Counted from the first letter of the stretch, positions 1-13,289 are shown. The stretch is DNA of 64,000 nucleotides from Malacoraja senta (GCA_038087875.1 CM075983.1:25296001-25360000); one strand, 5' to 3'. Translations and numbers: made by a program. The notes: generated by a model not told the origin, from the sequence alone.

Positions 1-753
1 AACCTCGTTAGAAGGTATCGCTACAGACCTTCTCCAGGGGGTTAAATGGGTCTGGCTTATACAGGAGTGAACATTGACATTTTGAGTCTCACTCCACCAG
101 GACCGCAACACCTCAGCAGCAGGGTTATGGACCACATCCTAGCAGCTGCAGGATGGTCAAACTAACGATCTGTCCAAATATTCAGAATAAACCCATTGCC
201 AGATCGGGGGTATTTGCCAACTCTATGTTAGGTCTGTTTCATAACTTCCTCCCGGTTGAGGGAGGTTACTATTGCCACTATTGTTCATTAATAGCATCAA
301 CATGTCTATATCTATGTCATGTCTGAATGCATTATTAATGTTCACTCATCATTGGCCTACTGATGCAGTGTATGACGCCTGGACTCGTTTCCACGGCATG
401 AAATCACAGAGCTTTAAAATCTTCACATAGTCACTCGCGTGACTCCGAAGTAAAATAGTAAGATTAAACGAGAACTTATCAGTTTGAAGTTTGATCTTTA
501 TTTTATGAGGAGTAACGTTGAGGGATTACGTGCCCTCCACGCCCACCCTCTATCATAAAGGTCAACTGGTATTCTAGTTTCTCTTATCTTACTATGTTTA
601 GTTCAATAACTGTTGTCTGTGATTTCACACCGCTGCTTTGAAGATTGACACGCATGCGTGCTGGCGGGGTCTTCACGTAATCCCTCAACGTTACTCCTCA
701 TAAAATAAAGATCAAACTTCAAACTGGTAAGTTCTCGTTTAATCTTACTATTT
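1..753 (+). mobile_element. 3' end of a DIRS1-like tyrosine-recombinase retrotransposon (degenerate YR C-terminus, internal complementary region ICR, right ITR)
   Basis: Frameshifted YR motifs HSTR and MDHILAAAGWSN (~89-162). 80-bp inverted repeat 453-532 vs 674-753 (1 mismatch). 420-455 is complementary to the left end of the copy at 62947. Ends in TTT. Confidence 0.9.
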
Positions 754-880
754 ATGTGTATATTGAATTGAACTGAACTGTTCTGTATTTATGCTTACAA
801 TATTCTGTTGTGCTGCAGCAAGCAAGAATTTCATTGTCCTATCTGGGACTTATGACAATACACTCTCTTGACTTGACTTG
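754..880 (+). mobile_element. 3' UTR/tail of a Rex1/Babar-like LINE, apparently the target of the DIRS insertion
   Basis: Ends in (CTTGA)n, the same tail seen reversed on the Rex1 copy at 33679. Confidence 0.5.
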
Positions 881-1964
881 AATAAGAACTTTAATGGAAT
901 AAATGTAACTTCATTCTTATTAATTCATTGCAATTATTCCCAGATTGATGGTCTGATCTTCTATAGAGATGGTAGAGCCTCACATAGTTTCATTCAAATA
1001 ATTCTGTCCTACCCTCATTGCTGCCAAGAGTAGCTCTATATTAGCAACTGTTACATTTGACATTGCATGTCATTTGGTTCTTCTGCTTACTGTCCGTTGT
1101 TCTGGCTCATCCATAGGAACTAGGGTGCCAAACTGTTCAAAGTTTCCACATGGCTTCAACAAGCTCTGCAATCCAATATCTAATCGATAAATTGGTCCTA
1201 CATATACAAGATGCAGAAACATACCAGCAACTTTTTTGATTTTATGCTGTATAGTTTCAGTCAATTAAGCATCGTCAGTACCGATGCATATATTTGATGG
1301 GGAGAGGTATTAAGACATATTGTCAATTAGTTATTTGTATTTTTACAAATGGGGTGTGTGAACTGGAGAGATAATTCTCTACATGTCAGGCTAACAGAAG
1401 CAATTTATATGCAGATCTCTCTGCAGTGTTGCACACTGGTTTAAACTCCTTTAACCTTAGTGATGGATTTCCTTATGTATCATCTATCTAGCTGTCTAAA
1501 TGGAAAACAGTTTAACATGGTTACAAGATTGAGCAATTTCCAGTGGGCCAGTATTTCATTGAGAGTAACATATGAATCTCTGACTACCACCACACCCACA
1601 TATTGAGATTCTGACTGGCTTCTTGTCTAATTTGTTGTGCGCTCTTGATCACTGATGACAAGCTCCTTGGGCTTGTGGATGCCGCTTGGTGTACATCTTT
1701 TGTGGCAAGTCATCAAGCCCTTGACCAGAAACAAAGAAAGGCTCAACATTGACCTATTTTTTCTGACCTTTGCTTAAATAAGCTGAGGAGAAATTAACTA
1801 CTGTTTCATGGTTTTAAAAATGTGCCTGCTGTTGGTACATTGGGCTGCAATCATGCAACAAAGGACCACTTCAGCATTTTTGTGAACACTAGTCATCCAG
1901 AAATGAGCAGCATCCTTCCACCAATATAAGGCCACAAGATTAAATACTCTTAAATCTCAATTTG

Positions 1965-2580
1965 CATCAGGAAGGCTGGAAGTATCATCAAGGATATCAT
2001 GGACTGGTTGGAAAGAAGTGACAAGCCCACGATGGACTGGTCTGTGTTCACCATTCTCTTCATGTTTAGGTGGTCAAGAGCAGAGTGGTTGCCATACCAG
2101 GCTGCACTGCGTCCCCTCAGAATACATTCCATAACGCATTTGTAGAAGATTGAGGGAATCATTGTGGACACATTCAAATCTTCTCAGGAGCCTAAAAAGT
2201 AAATATGCTGCGGCACTTTCTTGATCAGTGAATCAGTGTGAAGGGACCAGTTAGCTTGGTGGTGATATGAATGCCTAAGAAAAGTTGTGGACCATCTCTA
2301 CAGGAACTTCACTGATGAGTTCACCCCTCGCTTCCTTGGCTCAACAAATAACTCTTTGATCTTGCTGAGATGAAGGGCTAGTTAGGCCTGACAGCATGCA
2401 ATGAGGTTCTTGATCTCTTTCCTGTACTTTGTCTCATCATTTTTATTAATCAGGCCAACAACAGTGGTATCATTAACAAATGTATAGATCAAGTTGGCAT
2501 TGTACTTGGTCATACAGTTATAGGTATGCAAGGAGGAGAGCAGGGGACTGAGCACACAATCATGAGAAGAAATAATGTTG
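1965..2580 (-). mobile_element. Degenerate Rex1/Babar-type LINE reverse transcriptase fragment
   Basis: ORF 2382-2714 includes CVLSPLLSSLHTYNC...FVNDTTVVGLINKNDETKYRKEI, the decayed (F)ADDTTVVGLI RT motif. Confidence 0.75.
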
Positions 2581-4639
2581 GGGGATAGTATCAAGGATGG
2601 AATAAAGGCAGGCAATGCACTGAAAAATCTAAGCATGGATAACATGAAGAAACACTGTGGCATGTGGAATTCCTTGTGCAGGCTGAAACGCAATGATGCA
2701 TTAGAAGATTGCAATCTTTTTATACTTTTAAAAACTTTTTATATATATATCTCATTTTATAGTGATAACATACAAGTAAATATTCTTGTGTTGGTCATTA
2801 CTCGGGCCTGACATATTCACCAGTCACTGTGGGTAGTTGGCAATCAAACGTCTTCAATAAATGATGTTTGCTGGTGGCTTGATCTCCTTTACTTGTCTCA
2901 GCAGGCTGCAGCACCAAAAAGCTTATGGACACTGCATTAGTGATGAGTTTGAAATGTTACTGCTTATCAAGTTAAAAAAGAACAGGGTTGTCTAAGTAAA
3001 GTTGGGATGATGGTAGGCAGTGGGCGTGAATTACAGCTACTAAGCTACTTGCCATCTACATGGAACAAATGGTAATGTTCCTGAGGGCAAACAATATCAT
3101 TAAAGTCTCAGGGGAGGACACAGAACAGAGCAATACAGCCAAATGCATTAGGTGATGACTGGTAGTAGGGCTGGGAACATATGATGCTTTGGTGCATTTA
3201 TTACAGACACAATCCACAGATGAGGATATTACAAAGGCTATAAAGGCACATGTCATTTATCTAAGAACAAAATAATTTTTTTGAAAGCTTGATACGTAGG
3301 CATGGTGTTAGAACCTTGAAGTTATTATGTAGCTTAATTTGCTTCAAATCCTTTTGACCGCTAATTTGATCGTGACATTGAGCCTTTTATTTAAAAGAAT
3401 AGCACGCTTTAGCTAAAGGATAAAGTCACAAAATGCATGGAACTCACTTCTTCTTTATACCACCATACTGGTGCTATATGTTTTATGCAGATAATCAACT
3501 GTGTAATTTCTTCAGAGAATTCTGGAACAAACCTCTGTCAACCACTAGTTGGTGCTTTGCTGTGAGCTTGGTTTCTCATGTACGTATGAATGTATCAGGA
3601 ATTTATATGGAGGAGGGGCAAATTTCTTCCTGCAATCTTATATGGATTGCTCCGTATTCTTACCTGTCATCTGTGTATGTCTTTGTCTGATGCCCCGTAG
3701 TTTACAGATGCTCTAGTGCTAATGGACCTTCTGTGTATATAATTAAGACTGGTGTAGTTCCTTGCAAAGGGGCCTTCCTTCACACTGGTGAGGTTTATCT
3801 GCTCTCAGATGACAGTGCAGGGATTTGTTGTTGAGGGACTCCTTCACAAGCATCACCTTCTGGCTATTCTACAACCCCTTGGAGGTTTGCTCACCCAATC
3901 AGCATTCAGTGGCCAGATGCCTGGCTCCCAGCGGTGCTCCTGAGCTTGCTGCACCTCCTCATCCAGCTTCCCATAGGCTCAAAGATCAAAGGGATCAGCA
4001 GTGATAATATAAATTTATCATCTTTCCCTTTCTTCTCATATTTGTGCTCCCTGAAGCAATGCTAAACTCTGCTTTCTGGTGTACGGAGGGAATTGCTGCC
4101 AGTGTCGGCTGCTTCATTGCAATTCCCTGCTGCAGCTCAGTGCTCAGACAGCATCCCCAGCCTCCAGACCTCCCCGCACAGCCCTCCATATTCGCCAAAA
4201 ACTAAAGCACTGAATCCTGTGAGAATTGGAAAAGTAAAGAGAAAGTATCACTTTATATCACAATGCATCTGAAAAATAAAAATCAGGTACATGAGGATGT
4301 AAACAATAAACCAGATTCTGTCAGAGAACTTAACTCCTTAAGAGCCAACAATGTATCTCTTCAGAAAGAGATAAATAAAACAAATACGATGAATATATTT
4401 CATAGTGTGCAACAAAGATGTTTTGATTGAGAAATTACAATCAGACAAAAACTGAGAATATAATGCGAAAGCTATCATTGTGGGCTCCACTGAGGCTTAC
4501 TTTATACATGGAAGTCAGTTCCATGGTGCATTTAAACCAGAATAACTCAAGATTATTTACACATGAGTGTCACTTTGCAACTGTTTTCTTGAGGGTCACT
4601 GCAGGGCTGTGATTCTGTCATTCTACAATTGTTTTTATA

Positions 4640-5290
4640 TCGGGGCACTCAGGGGTGTATTTATCCTGGGATTATTCTCTTTATTTTTCAATTGTAATTA
4701 TGCCAGAGGGGATGCAGTTATACCAGAATGGTTGTTATTATACTGAAGAGTCTATAATGTCAAGGGGTAGAAGCATTCATGCAGTAGTTATCATCGGGGG
4801 TTAATTATATTGGGAAAAAGATGGGATGTTGTAACTATTTCAAAGAGGCTGTAATCGGAGGAAATAAAATACTGATGGGACTGTAATAATACTGGAAAGA
4901 TTGTATTTATAATAACTGGAAGAGTTACAGTGCAGGTGAAATTGTAATTATACTAGTGAAGGTGTATTTATAATGGCATATAATTACTGAAGGGACTGTA
5001 ATACTTGAGGAACTCTAATTATACTGGAGAGGGTGAATTTAAAATAAGGTCTACTTACGAGAGGGAATATAATCTATGAGGGGCTGTAAAACTGGAAGGG
5101 CTATAAATATGCAAAGAAAATTGTATTTATAGTGGAATATAACTAGTACATTGCACTCTAATGCAGGAATATTTAACTACGTTGATATTTGATCAGTGAT
5201 TATTACTCAAGGTTTATAGTTATACTGCAACAACTTTGTGCTGTATATCGGTTGAAGAGTAGTTATCCTTGAAGGAGATCAGTTAAGTTT
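4640..5290. repeat. Highly degenerate minisatellite, ~20-21 bp unit (approx. TATACTGGAGGGGCTGTAAT)
   Basis: Recurring atactgg..g.ctgtaat motif at ~20-21 bp spacing. Confidence 0.65.
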
Positions 5291-5319
5291 GAGTAACTTA
5301 TTGGTAAATATATTCTGGA

Positions 5320-7110
5320 AAACCTGCAAAATCTGGAATCTAACCAGTTCAAGTCTGAACTTACAATCTCTCAAAAATATGAATCCAATTCTACTAATTT
5401 CTCATCTGTCCAAATCTGATCCTCCACTGTCTCACAATTTCATACCTAACCCTCCAATATTTTACATGTTGAAATCTAACCTTCCAGAGTCTAACAAGTT
5501 TAAATCTGATCTTTTGGTATAAATCTGATCATTACATCTGCTCATCTTGTGTCCCACCAATTCATGTCTGATAATTTTTGTCCCACAATTTCATTTCTGA
5601 ACTCCCAATATCTTGTCAGCTGGAAAACAATATTGCACTGTCTGACAGAAGGGCATCAACTTCATTTCTATTCCTTCTATGTCTCATCATTTGAATCTGA
5701 CCCCATCTTCAGTTGAAATATACAGTGTAGTACAATTTTTTTTTTTTTTTAATTACATTACAACCACATACATTAGTACTCGTCATTTATATCTTCTTAC
5801 AATTAATGTACTCCATTTATTTTTTACACTAGAAAAGGAAAAGATTGAAAGAAAGAAGAAAGTGAAGGAAAAAGTGAAAGTGTAGAAAATGTGACAACAA
5901 AAAAGGAAGAAGACCCTATAAGAGCAAAATTAAAAACAAAAGAAAAATAGTTAAGGAATAGACCCTAGAAAAGAAAGAGAAAGAGAAAGAGAAAAAAGAG
6001 AGAAACAACTATTTTTATGAGCATTACGTAAATGGGACATACCAACTCTTCAACTATCATCCCCCCTTACCTGACCTCAATTTTTTTTTTTTTTAAAGTA
6101 CTTTTGCACCCTATATTTGTAATAATTCTATAAATGCAGACCACGTCAGGTGGAAGTGATCTGGTTTACCTGCTAGGAGGAGTCTTATCTCTTCTAGGTG
6201 TAATGTTTCAAACATATTTGAAATCCACATATTTATAGTTGGTATTGGAGCCTTCTTCCAAAATTTTAGAATTAGCTTTTTTCCAGTTATTAACCCATAG
6301 TCCATTAGTTTCTTTTGAACAGTGTAGTACAATAATATCTCACCACTTCATTCTGATACCAAGATGGCTCACTAGTTTAAAACTGTTTCTCCTGTATTTC
6401 ACCAGTCTGAATCCAAACGCCTGTCATCTTACCTGTTAAAATCAGATATTTTGGTGTTTTACAAATTCGGATTAATACTTCAATATTTCACAATTTAAAA
6501 CTGATTCTACAGTGTGTTACCAATTTAAGTGTTTCAACGGTGTAAATCTGGTCTTCCAGTGTCTCACTAATTTATATCTTCTCCTCCTCCCACTCCCCAA
6601 CCCTCCCATATCTCAACAAGTCAAGACTGGGCACATAAAAATGATCTTCTTGTATTTTGTCAGTTCTATCTCATCCTCCAATGTCACATTGGTTCAAATC
6701 TTGTTCCCCAAAGTATCCCCGGTTCAAATTTGATCCACCTGGAACTCAGCAGTTCACATTTAATCCTTCAATATCTCACACTTCAAGTCTGATCGCTTAA
6801 TTTCTCTCGGTTCAAATTAGTTCCTAAAAAGGCCAGTTCACATTTGGTCCTACCAGTTCACATTTGATTCTCCAATGCCTCATCAGTTCAAATCTGATCT
6901 CTCAAAGTTTCACTAATTCAAAGCTTATCCTTCATTATTTCAACAGCTCAAATTTGATCCTTCTGTGTGCCACATGTTGAAACCTGACCTTTCAGTGTCT
7001 TGTCCATTCATACTTGATCCACAATGTTTCATTAGTTGAACTCTTATCTCACATTGACTCACCATTCAAATCTATTCCTCCTCTACAGGTATCTCACAAT
7101 TTAACTATCC
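5320..7110. repeat. Degenerate 30-bp minisatellite (approx. AAATCTGATCCTCCAATATCTCACCAGTTC), interrupted by an L1 insertion
   Basis: Consecutive 30-nt units, e.g. 5412-5501 and 6891-7010. Confidence 0.8.
5737..6318 (-). mobile_element. 5'-truncated L1-clade LINE with poly(A) tail and 15-bp TSD
   Basis: ORF2 C-terminus-like peptide GKKLILKFWKKAPIPTINMW...LHLEEI. Poly-T on + at ~5736-5750. TSD ACAGTGTAGTACAAT at 5722-5736 and 6319-6333. Confidence 0.85.
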
Positions 7111-9059
7111 TCCAAGTTCTTATTGCAATGTTTCCATTTTTTCCTATGACTCTTCTCAAAAAATGCCTGAAGCCAACTCGTATATAACTTTTCATCTTTA
7201 GAAATGCTGATATTGAGCACATTCTAAGAATTTGGATATGTCTCATTAACAGCTAGAATATTTTTTTATTTAATTATCATGGGATAAGCAACCTGCCATG
7301 TGCCTGAATCCCTGGCATGCCACACCGCCACAAAATACTTCTAAGTGCAACAAAGATAAGAATGAAAATATTCTGCAGTATTTCATCTCCTTCCTGAACG
7401 CAATAGTTATAAAATCGATTGTGGATTAGTACTGGGAATAATTAGATGCAGTGAGATGACCTTAGTGTCTGAGAATGAACTTTTATGGACATCAGTGCAT
7501 CATTTACATAGGCAACTTCTATCAGCAATAATTTCCAGCCCATTTCTTCGTGTATGAGGCGCCGAAGCCAGCCTGCTCTTTACGTGCTGGTTCCAGAAGT
7601 GGATATGTTATCATTTATTACAATTACTCCACTCTTTTAAATCGTTATTTCAACGGCAGCATTTCTTACACTAACTATGCTATACATTCTGTCCTGTATC
7701 TCTCTACACTGTGGACAGCTTGATTTTTATTACGCATAGTATTTTCGCTGACTGGATAGAATGCAACAAAAAAGCTATTCATTGCATCTCGGTAAATGTG
7801 ACAATAATGAGAAACTAAACTGAATTAAATATGCTTGTTTGCCACAATACTCTGGTGGTAGAAGTGGACAGGATTCCAGATTTTGCTTAGTATCCATTGA
7901 TTTTTGTTTGAATGAGATTCTATAGAACAAATGATTATAGTTAGCTTAGATCTTCCTGCAGTTAAACTATCAGTTTATCACCAATAAGGGTCAATCGTGA
8001 ATTATAACCTCTTGATGTGGTACGGATCAGCACTTAGCTGGGAGAGTTAATGTTAAAATGTTTATTCTTGCCTTGTCTATTTTCTATCAGCATTGTTACA
8101 TTTATGTAACTGTCCCTTCACGTTTCCCTGAACTGAACCACCTTTTATATTGTTGCATTAATTTATGCCTATGTGTGTTCTTCAGGCAGATAGTTGTCAG
8201 AAATAGGGGGTTCACCATTTAAGACCCAATTTAAGACATACACTATATTTCTCTTAGAGTGGAGTGAGACTTTTAAACTCCCTTCCTCAAAGACAGGTGA
8301 AAACTAGCTTTGGACATTTTTAAGTCAGGTGAGTAGATAAGCAAGAGGGTGAAAATCTACCCCCACCATGGTGCAGAGTTGTGTATCAGACATGCATGAT
8401 CCTAATAAATGCTTGGGCAGGATAAAGGAGCTAAGTGGCCCACTCCTCATAATTCATTCATTTGTATGGACCCTGTATTGTACAATCAAATTAGCTACAT
8501 TGAAATGAATCTGACTCAGATGTTATAAGACTGCTACCTCGATGCTAAAAGGAGAGATGGATTGTTTTCGCTGGAACACCAAAGGTTAAGAGGAGAAATA
8601 TATAGAAATATATAAAGTTATGAGACATAGATAGGGTGGACAGTCAGAACCTTTTGCCCAGGGTGGAAATGTAAGTCTAGAGGGCATAGCTTTAATGGGG
8701 AGGGGCAAAGTTTAAAGGGTGCCTGGACATTCTGCAGCGGTGGTGGGGGCAGATGCAATAGAGGTGATTCAGAGATATTTAGATAGGCACATGGATTTGC
8801 TGGGATTTGAGGAGAATGGATTATGTGTCGAAGATAGGCACAAAATGCTGGAGTAACTCAGCGGCAAAGGCAGCATCTCTGAAGAGAGAGAATGGGTGAC
8901 ATTTCGTGTCGAGACCCTTCTTCAGATTGATGTCAGGGGAGAGGGAGATACATAGATAAGGAAGTGTAGTTGTGAAGACAGGATAAAAAGAATGGAGATC
9001 AAGGAAAATGTAGAATAGATCATTGTTAGCTAGGAGAAGGTAACAACACAGCAAACAAA

Positions 9060-9114
9060 GGGGTGGGAGATTGCAACCTTCATGTGGTCCACCCTGTTTT
9101 TGACGAATGCAATC
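9060..9114 (+). ncRNA. Minimal HDV-like self-cleaving ribozyme
   Basis: P1 GGGGTGG/CCACCCT (G1-U wobble), P2 GATTGCA/TGCAATC, P3 ACC/GGT, L3 TTCATGT, J4/2 CGAA (putative catalytic C9104). P4 is vestigial. Confidence 0.75.
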
Positions 9115-9202
9115 AACCTGGCATGCAGAAACGGAAGATCAAACAGAACAAGATGTCTTACAACTTTAGGCTGTGCATGCCATATGCAAGAAGAAGAAGA
9201 AG
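9060..9202 (+). mobile_element. 143-bp short retroposon (family A) with 5' HDV-like ribozyme and (AAG)n tail
   Basis: TSD ACAGCAAACA(A/G)A at 9048-9059 and 9203-9214. Homologous to 21470-21612 (-). Confidence 0.85.
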
Positions 9203-9659
9203 ACAGCAAACAGAGATTAAATGTAGTTAGAGACAGTAAGACTGGTCGGAGAATAGGGAAGGGGGAGGGACGGAGAGAGAGGAAAAGCATGAGATACTTG
9301 AAGTTAGAGAAGTTAATGTTCATACCTCTGAGGCATAAGCTACCCAAGCACAATATGAGGTGCTGTTCCCCCAATTTGTGCTGGGCCTCACTCTGACAAT
9401 GGAGGAGGGCCAGGACAGAAAGGTCAGTGTGGGAATGGGAGAGGGAGTTAAAGTGTGTAGCAATCGAATTATGTGTCGGCAGATGAGATTAGTTTATCTT
9501 GGCATTATTTTCAGCACAGGCAAGGTGGCCCAAAAGTTCATACGCTGCACTTTTTAATGTTCTATGTGCTTGAGTTAATTCCCCCTGTCCAGCTCATAGC
9601 TTAATATCATATGTAAATATTAGCAGTATAATTCACTCAAGTACTGCATAAGAATCAAT

Positions 9660-10205
9660 TCCAGCAGCATCAAACGACTCCAACTGGTCCAAAATGCAGC
9701 CGCTCGACTCATTACCCACACCAAATCCTGGCACCACATCACCCCAGTTCTCAAAGAACTTCACTGGCTTCCCATTTCCCACCGGATCACCTACAAAATC
9801 CTGGTCCTCACCTACAAAGCCCTCAACAACCTGGCCCCCCCCTTATCTCATTGACCTCCTCTCCCCCTACCAACCCTCACGGTCCCTCAGATCCACATCA
9901 GCTGGTCTCCTCTCCACTCCGAAATCAAACCTCTGCACTTTTGGATGCAGAGCCTTCTCCAGGGCAGCTCCAGGCTCTGGAATTCCCTCCCACAACCGGT
10001 CCGAAATTCTGAGTCCCTCACCATCTTCCAGTCCCGCCTCAAGACCCATCTCTTCACCTCTGCATACCCTTAGTCCCATGTTCCCCCCCCCCCTCTGTCT
10101 TACTGCTCTATTTTGTTTTGTTTATTCCTGACTCTCAATTGTAAAGCGACTTTGAGTCCTGAAAAGCGCTATATAAATAAAATCTATTATTATTATTATT
10201 ATTAA
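9660..10205 (+). mobile_element. L2-clade LINE 3' fragment
   Basis: Encodes LQLVQNAAARLITHTKSWHHITPVLKELHWLP. AATAAA followed by (ATT)n tail at ~10175-10203. Confidence 0.85.
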
Positions 10206-12269
10206 CTATTATTCAACTACTGAATAAGAAGTGATGATAGGAATAGCAAGCTAAAACAGTTCCATGTGATCATGGGACAAGCATATATTACTACATGGCT
10301 CCAGCTCCACATTGCAGCAATGAACAGATGCCAATAGATGTACATAAATTGGAAATATTGGTTGTCAGTACTTTGGCTTCTTCAAGACTATAATTCCAAA
10401 AGTAAACACAATCCGAAGTCTTGTCTCCACAATGTTCTGCTGAAAATCTAGATTTGGGAATATAGAACATATTTTCATTTCTTTCATTTGAGAGGGAGTA
10501 ATTGTAATAGATGTGAAGAACATATATTGAGGCTGTTTGAAGGGTTAGGCACACTTAGGAGAGTGCCAGCCACTACCTTATGATGGGAAGAATATAGAGA
10601 GGAAACTTGCAAACTGGTACAATTTGCAGTATCAGGTTCAGGAAGTGAGAAACATGAGTGCTCATGTACCCAGAGTAAATAGATCGGGAAAGCAATTGAG
10701 AAAGTATAAGTAATCCTGACTTTCATAAACAGATGCAAACATTAAAACCAGCTAAACTAATGGGTTGAACCATGCTGAAGGCTACAAATGGTTCCAGAGA
10801 GAACCACCAGCTAGCTGCAGTGCACGAGTCAATGCACTTTGGACTAATGCATTAACACTCTGCAGCACAGAAGCGGGAAAGGGATGGAGGTCAGATAGGT
10901 CAAATCTGGGTGGATCTGAACTCTCACACCATCTTGCACTCAATAATAAATCCTGAATAGTTCTGAAATGTACAGTACTTAGCTGATGGCTATGAAGGCA
11001 TACTCCTGTTGCATCTGGCTTGACCCCATACAAACTTCACTTAAAAAATAAGGGGAGGTTTGGCTTGTTTATTTTTGCTTTATTCATGTTGTTATTGATG
11101 TCTTTAGTTATCTCCTTTATTTGCTGCTTGCTGGGCAGGAAGCTGCTGTGAAAACTGGGCAATTCTCAACACCTCAATGCTGTGCAACAGTTTAGCCTTC
11201 TGCCACTCAAATTTCACTGTATCTTAATTGGTACATGTGACAATTAAATTGAATCTTGAATTTTAAATGGATAGAGTTCTGCCTCGCTGTCATGGGCTTT
11301 TAAGGCTATATACTGTACATTGTCTGGCTGCATGGAGGTTTAGACATTCAGAAACATTCAAAATATATATTTTTTTATAAAGGGTTTATACAATCAAAAA
11401 TATAATAATTATTAACACTTTACAAATATAAATAATGAAAACATCTAAACCATTTAAGTAACCAAGCAATAAAAGAAAATAAATACACCTTGTCCATTGT
11501 AACCATACTTCTCAGGATATCAAAGAAGGAGAGTTTCTTATAGCAGATTCAATCTGATTCAGGTTGTTTGAACAAGTTTCCTGCTGTAAGAGGTGGAGAA
11601 TCTTGGTAACCTAGCTCCCTCTCTTCACTGTATGAAGTAAGCTGTCCAAAAAAAAATATCATACATAATTGCCAGGGATTTTTCAAATGAGTTGTCCTGC
11701 AGTAAAACACCAGCAAATGCATAGGTAGCTGTCAATATTTCCCTTCAAAATTCAGGCTAATCATTGTCAGAGATGGTGGAATATACTTTGATTTCAACAA
11801 AGTGAAGATGTGGTATATTGAGAGACAGCAGATTGAAAAGCCTTTAATAATTTGTGATTGACTTAGAATAATTTTAAATTGTAGGAAGTAGCGAGGAATA
11901 TTCAGTGGTGTCAATCAAATATAGAGGTAGTGGAAAAGCTGTGACAGACAGGAGGGAGTTGAAAACGGATGATGAGAGGAGAATTTGTTACCTGATGACA
12001 ATGTTTTTCTTGAATTCTGTCCAGGAATGCCAATGCATTTTTTAAATTAATTTATACAGGCAGCAAAATAATTCTTGGAACTTCCTGGGTATGACAGAAA
12101 AAAAAATTCTGGAGGGAACTGTTCGGCATTAAAAAAAAAGCCTGAGGATCTTCATTCCATGCTTTGGAAGTTCCATGCAAGAAATTCATTCACTAAGTTA
12201 ATAAAGCAACAAATGTTACAAGTTTAAATATGGTTATATGAGTTATGGTTACAAGTTTATATATGGTTA

Positions 12270-12375
12270 TATGAGCGCAGGTATATGGGACTAGGGGAGA
12301 ATACGTGTTCGGCACGGACTAGAAGGGTCGAGATGGCCTGTTTCCGTGCTGTAATTGTTATATGGTTATATGGTT
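12270..12375 (+). mobile_element. Short CR1/HER1-type 3' end with (ATATGGTT)n tail
   Basis: ggcacggactagaagggtcgagatggcctgtttccgtgctgt followed by tandem tail; similar repeats upstream. Confidence 0.65.
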
Positions 12376-13289
12376 AAAGTGGAACCATTAAAGAAAAGAA
12401 ACACAACTTTAAGGATAAATTGTTCCATTAACGAACATAAACATAATCAAGGCAGGTTGCCACAGCCATTGTATTGGAAGAGGAATGGCTTATGTGATGC
12501 ATGGAATGTACATGTTGAAAAACTAGTTGAATTCTCAGCATGAATGAAAAAGTTGAATGGTAACTGGAGGAAAGCCTAGGGATGAAGATCTGTCGGAATG
12601 AACATAGTCCTGAGGAGCAGAGGTGACACCTGAGAGTGAAATGGATAGCAAATTGGAAAATCACATGATATCAAATTGTTTGGATGCCAGAGCCCTTCCA
12701 AATCCTTTCGGTCATCTGAAAAAAGAAGCAAATAATTAATGGAAATCCCCAAGAGAACAAGTTACAAACATTTCAGTGGAACAGTCATGTTGAAAACATT
12801 CATGGATTGGACAAAACTTTTGAAGTGATGTTTAATTCCAGAATCAGTGAGTTTCATTATTTTAGAAAGGTAGAACGATGGTCAGAAAACAGAGACATGA
12901 GCAAATTCGGTTTGGCGGCGCCTTGTGGCTGCGGCTCACCTATTTGTATTTATAAATTGTTTGGTGCTTGAACCAAACTTTATTTATTAATAAAAAGTGC
13001 ATCCTCAAATGCTAAACAGGGCAAACTGGCTTGAAAACTAATTCACTGTGTATATTTCTCTACAGAATATCTAACATATGCTACAACCTGACCTTTAAGT
13101 GATTGAATAGACTTTGTAAAGGAAACCTTATTCCATATCTAATCTGACCTAAGAGACTTGATGGTATAATGTATTCCTTATCAGTACCTTGTTCTTACTA
13201 TGAGAAGCTATTGGCTGGAAGCACCCTAAAAGCTGCTATTTAGTACAAAATTAATTCTGGTGTAATTTCATGAAGTTCAACCTGATACA

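Larger units (their letters stand above)
8831..9467 (-). mobile_element. Penelope-like element 3' fragment (GIY-YIG C-terminus plus terminal repeat with hammerhead core)
   Basis: Minus-strand peptide (L)GEQHLILCLGSLCLRGMNINFSNFK resembles the PLE endonuclease end. Hammerhead-like CTGAAGA-AGGGTCTCGACAC-GAAATGTC at 8898-8925 (-). 11-bp TSD at 8820-8830 and 9468-9478. Confidence 0.75.
8540..9570 (+). mobile_element. CR1/HER1-like LINE 3' fragment, split by a Penelope-like insertion
   Basis: Resembles other CR1 3' ends (agaggagaaatatatagaa...agggcatagcttt). Sequence resumes after the duplicated ATTATGTGTCG. Confidence 0.7.

Noticed and set aside
453-753. Long inverted repeat as miRNA precursor or MITE
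   Set aside because: Fully explained by DIRS ICR/ITR architecture.
4088-4127. GGGAATTGC/GCAATTCCC hairpin as ncRNA
   Set aside because: 9-bp stem with a large loop; compatible with chance and has no other support.
5320-7110. Regular 30-bp (and 37-bp at 57-58 kb) periodicity as a CRISPR-like array
   Set aside because: Units are head-to-tail and uniformly degenerate, with no unique spacers or cas genes, in a vertebrate context.
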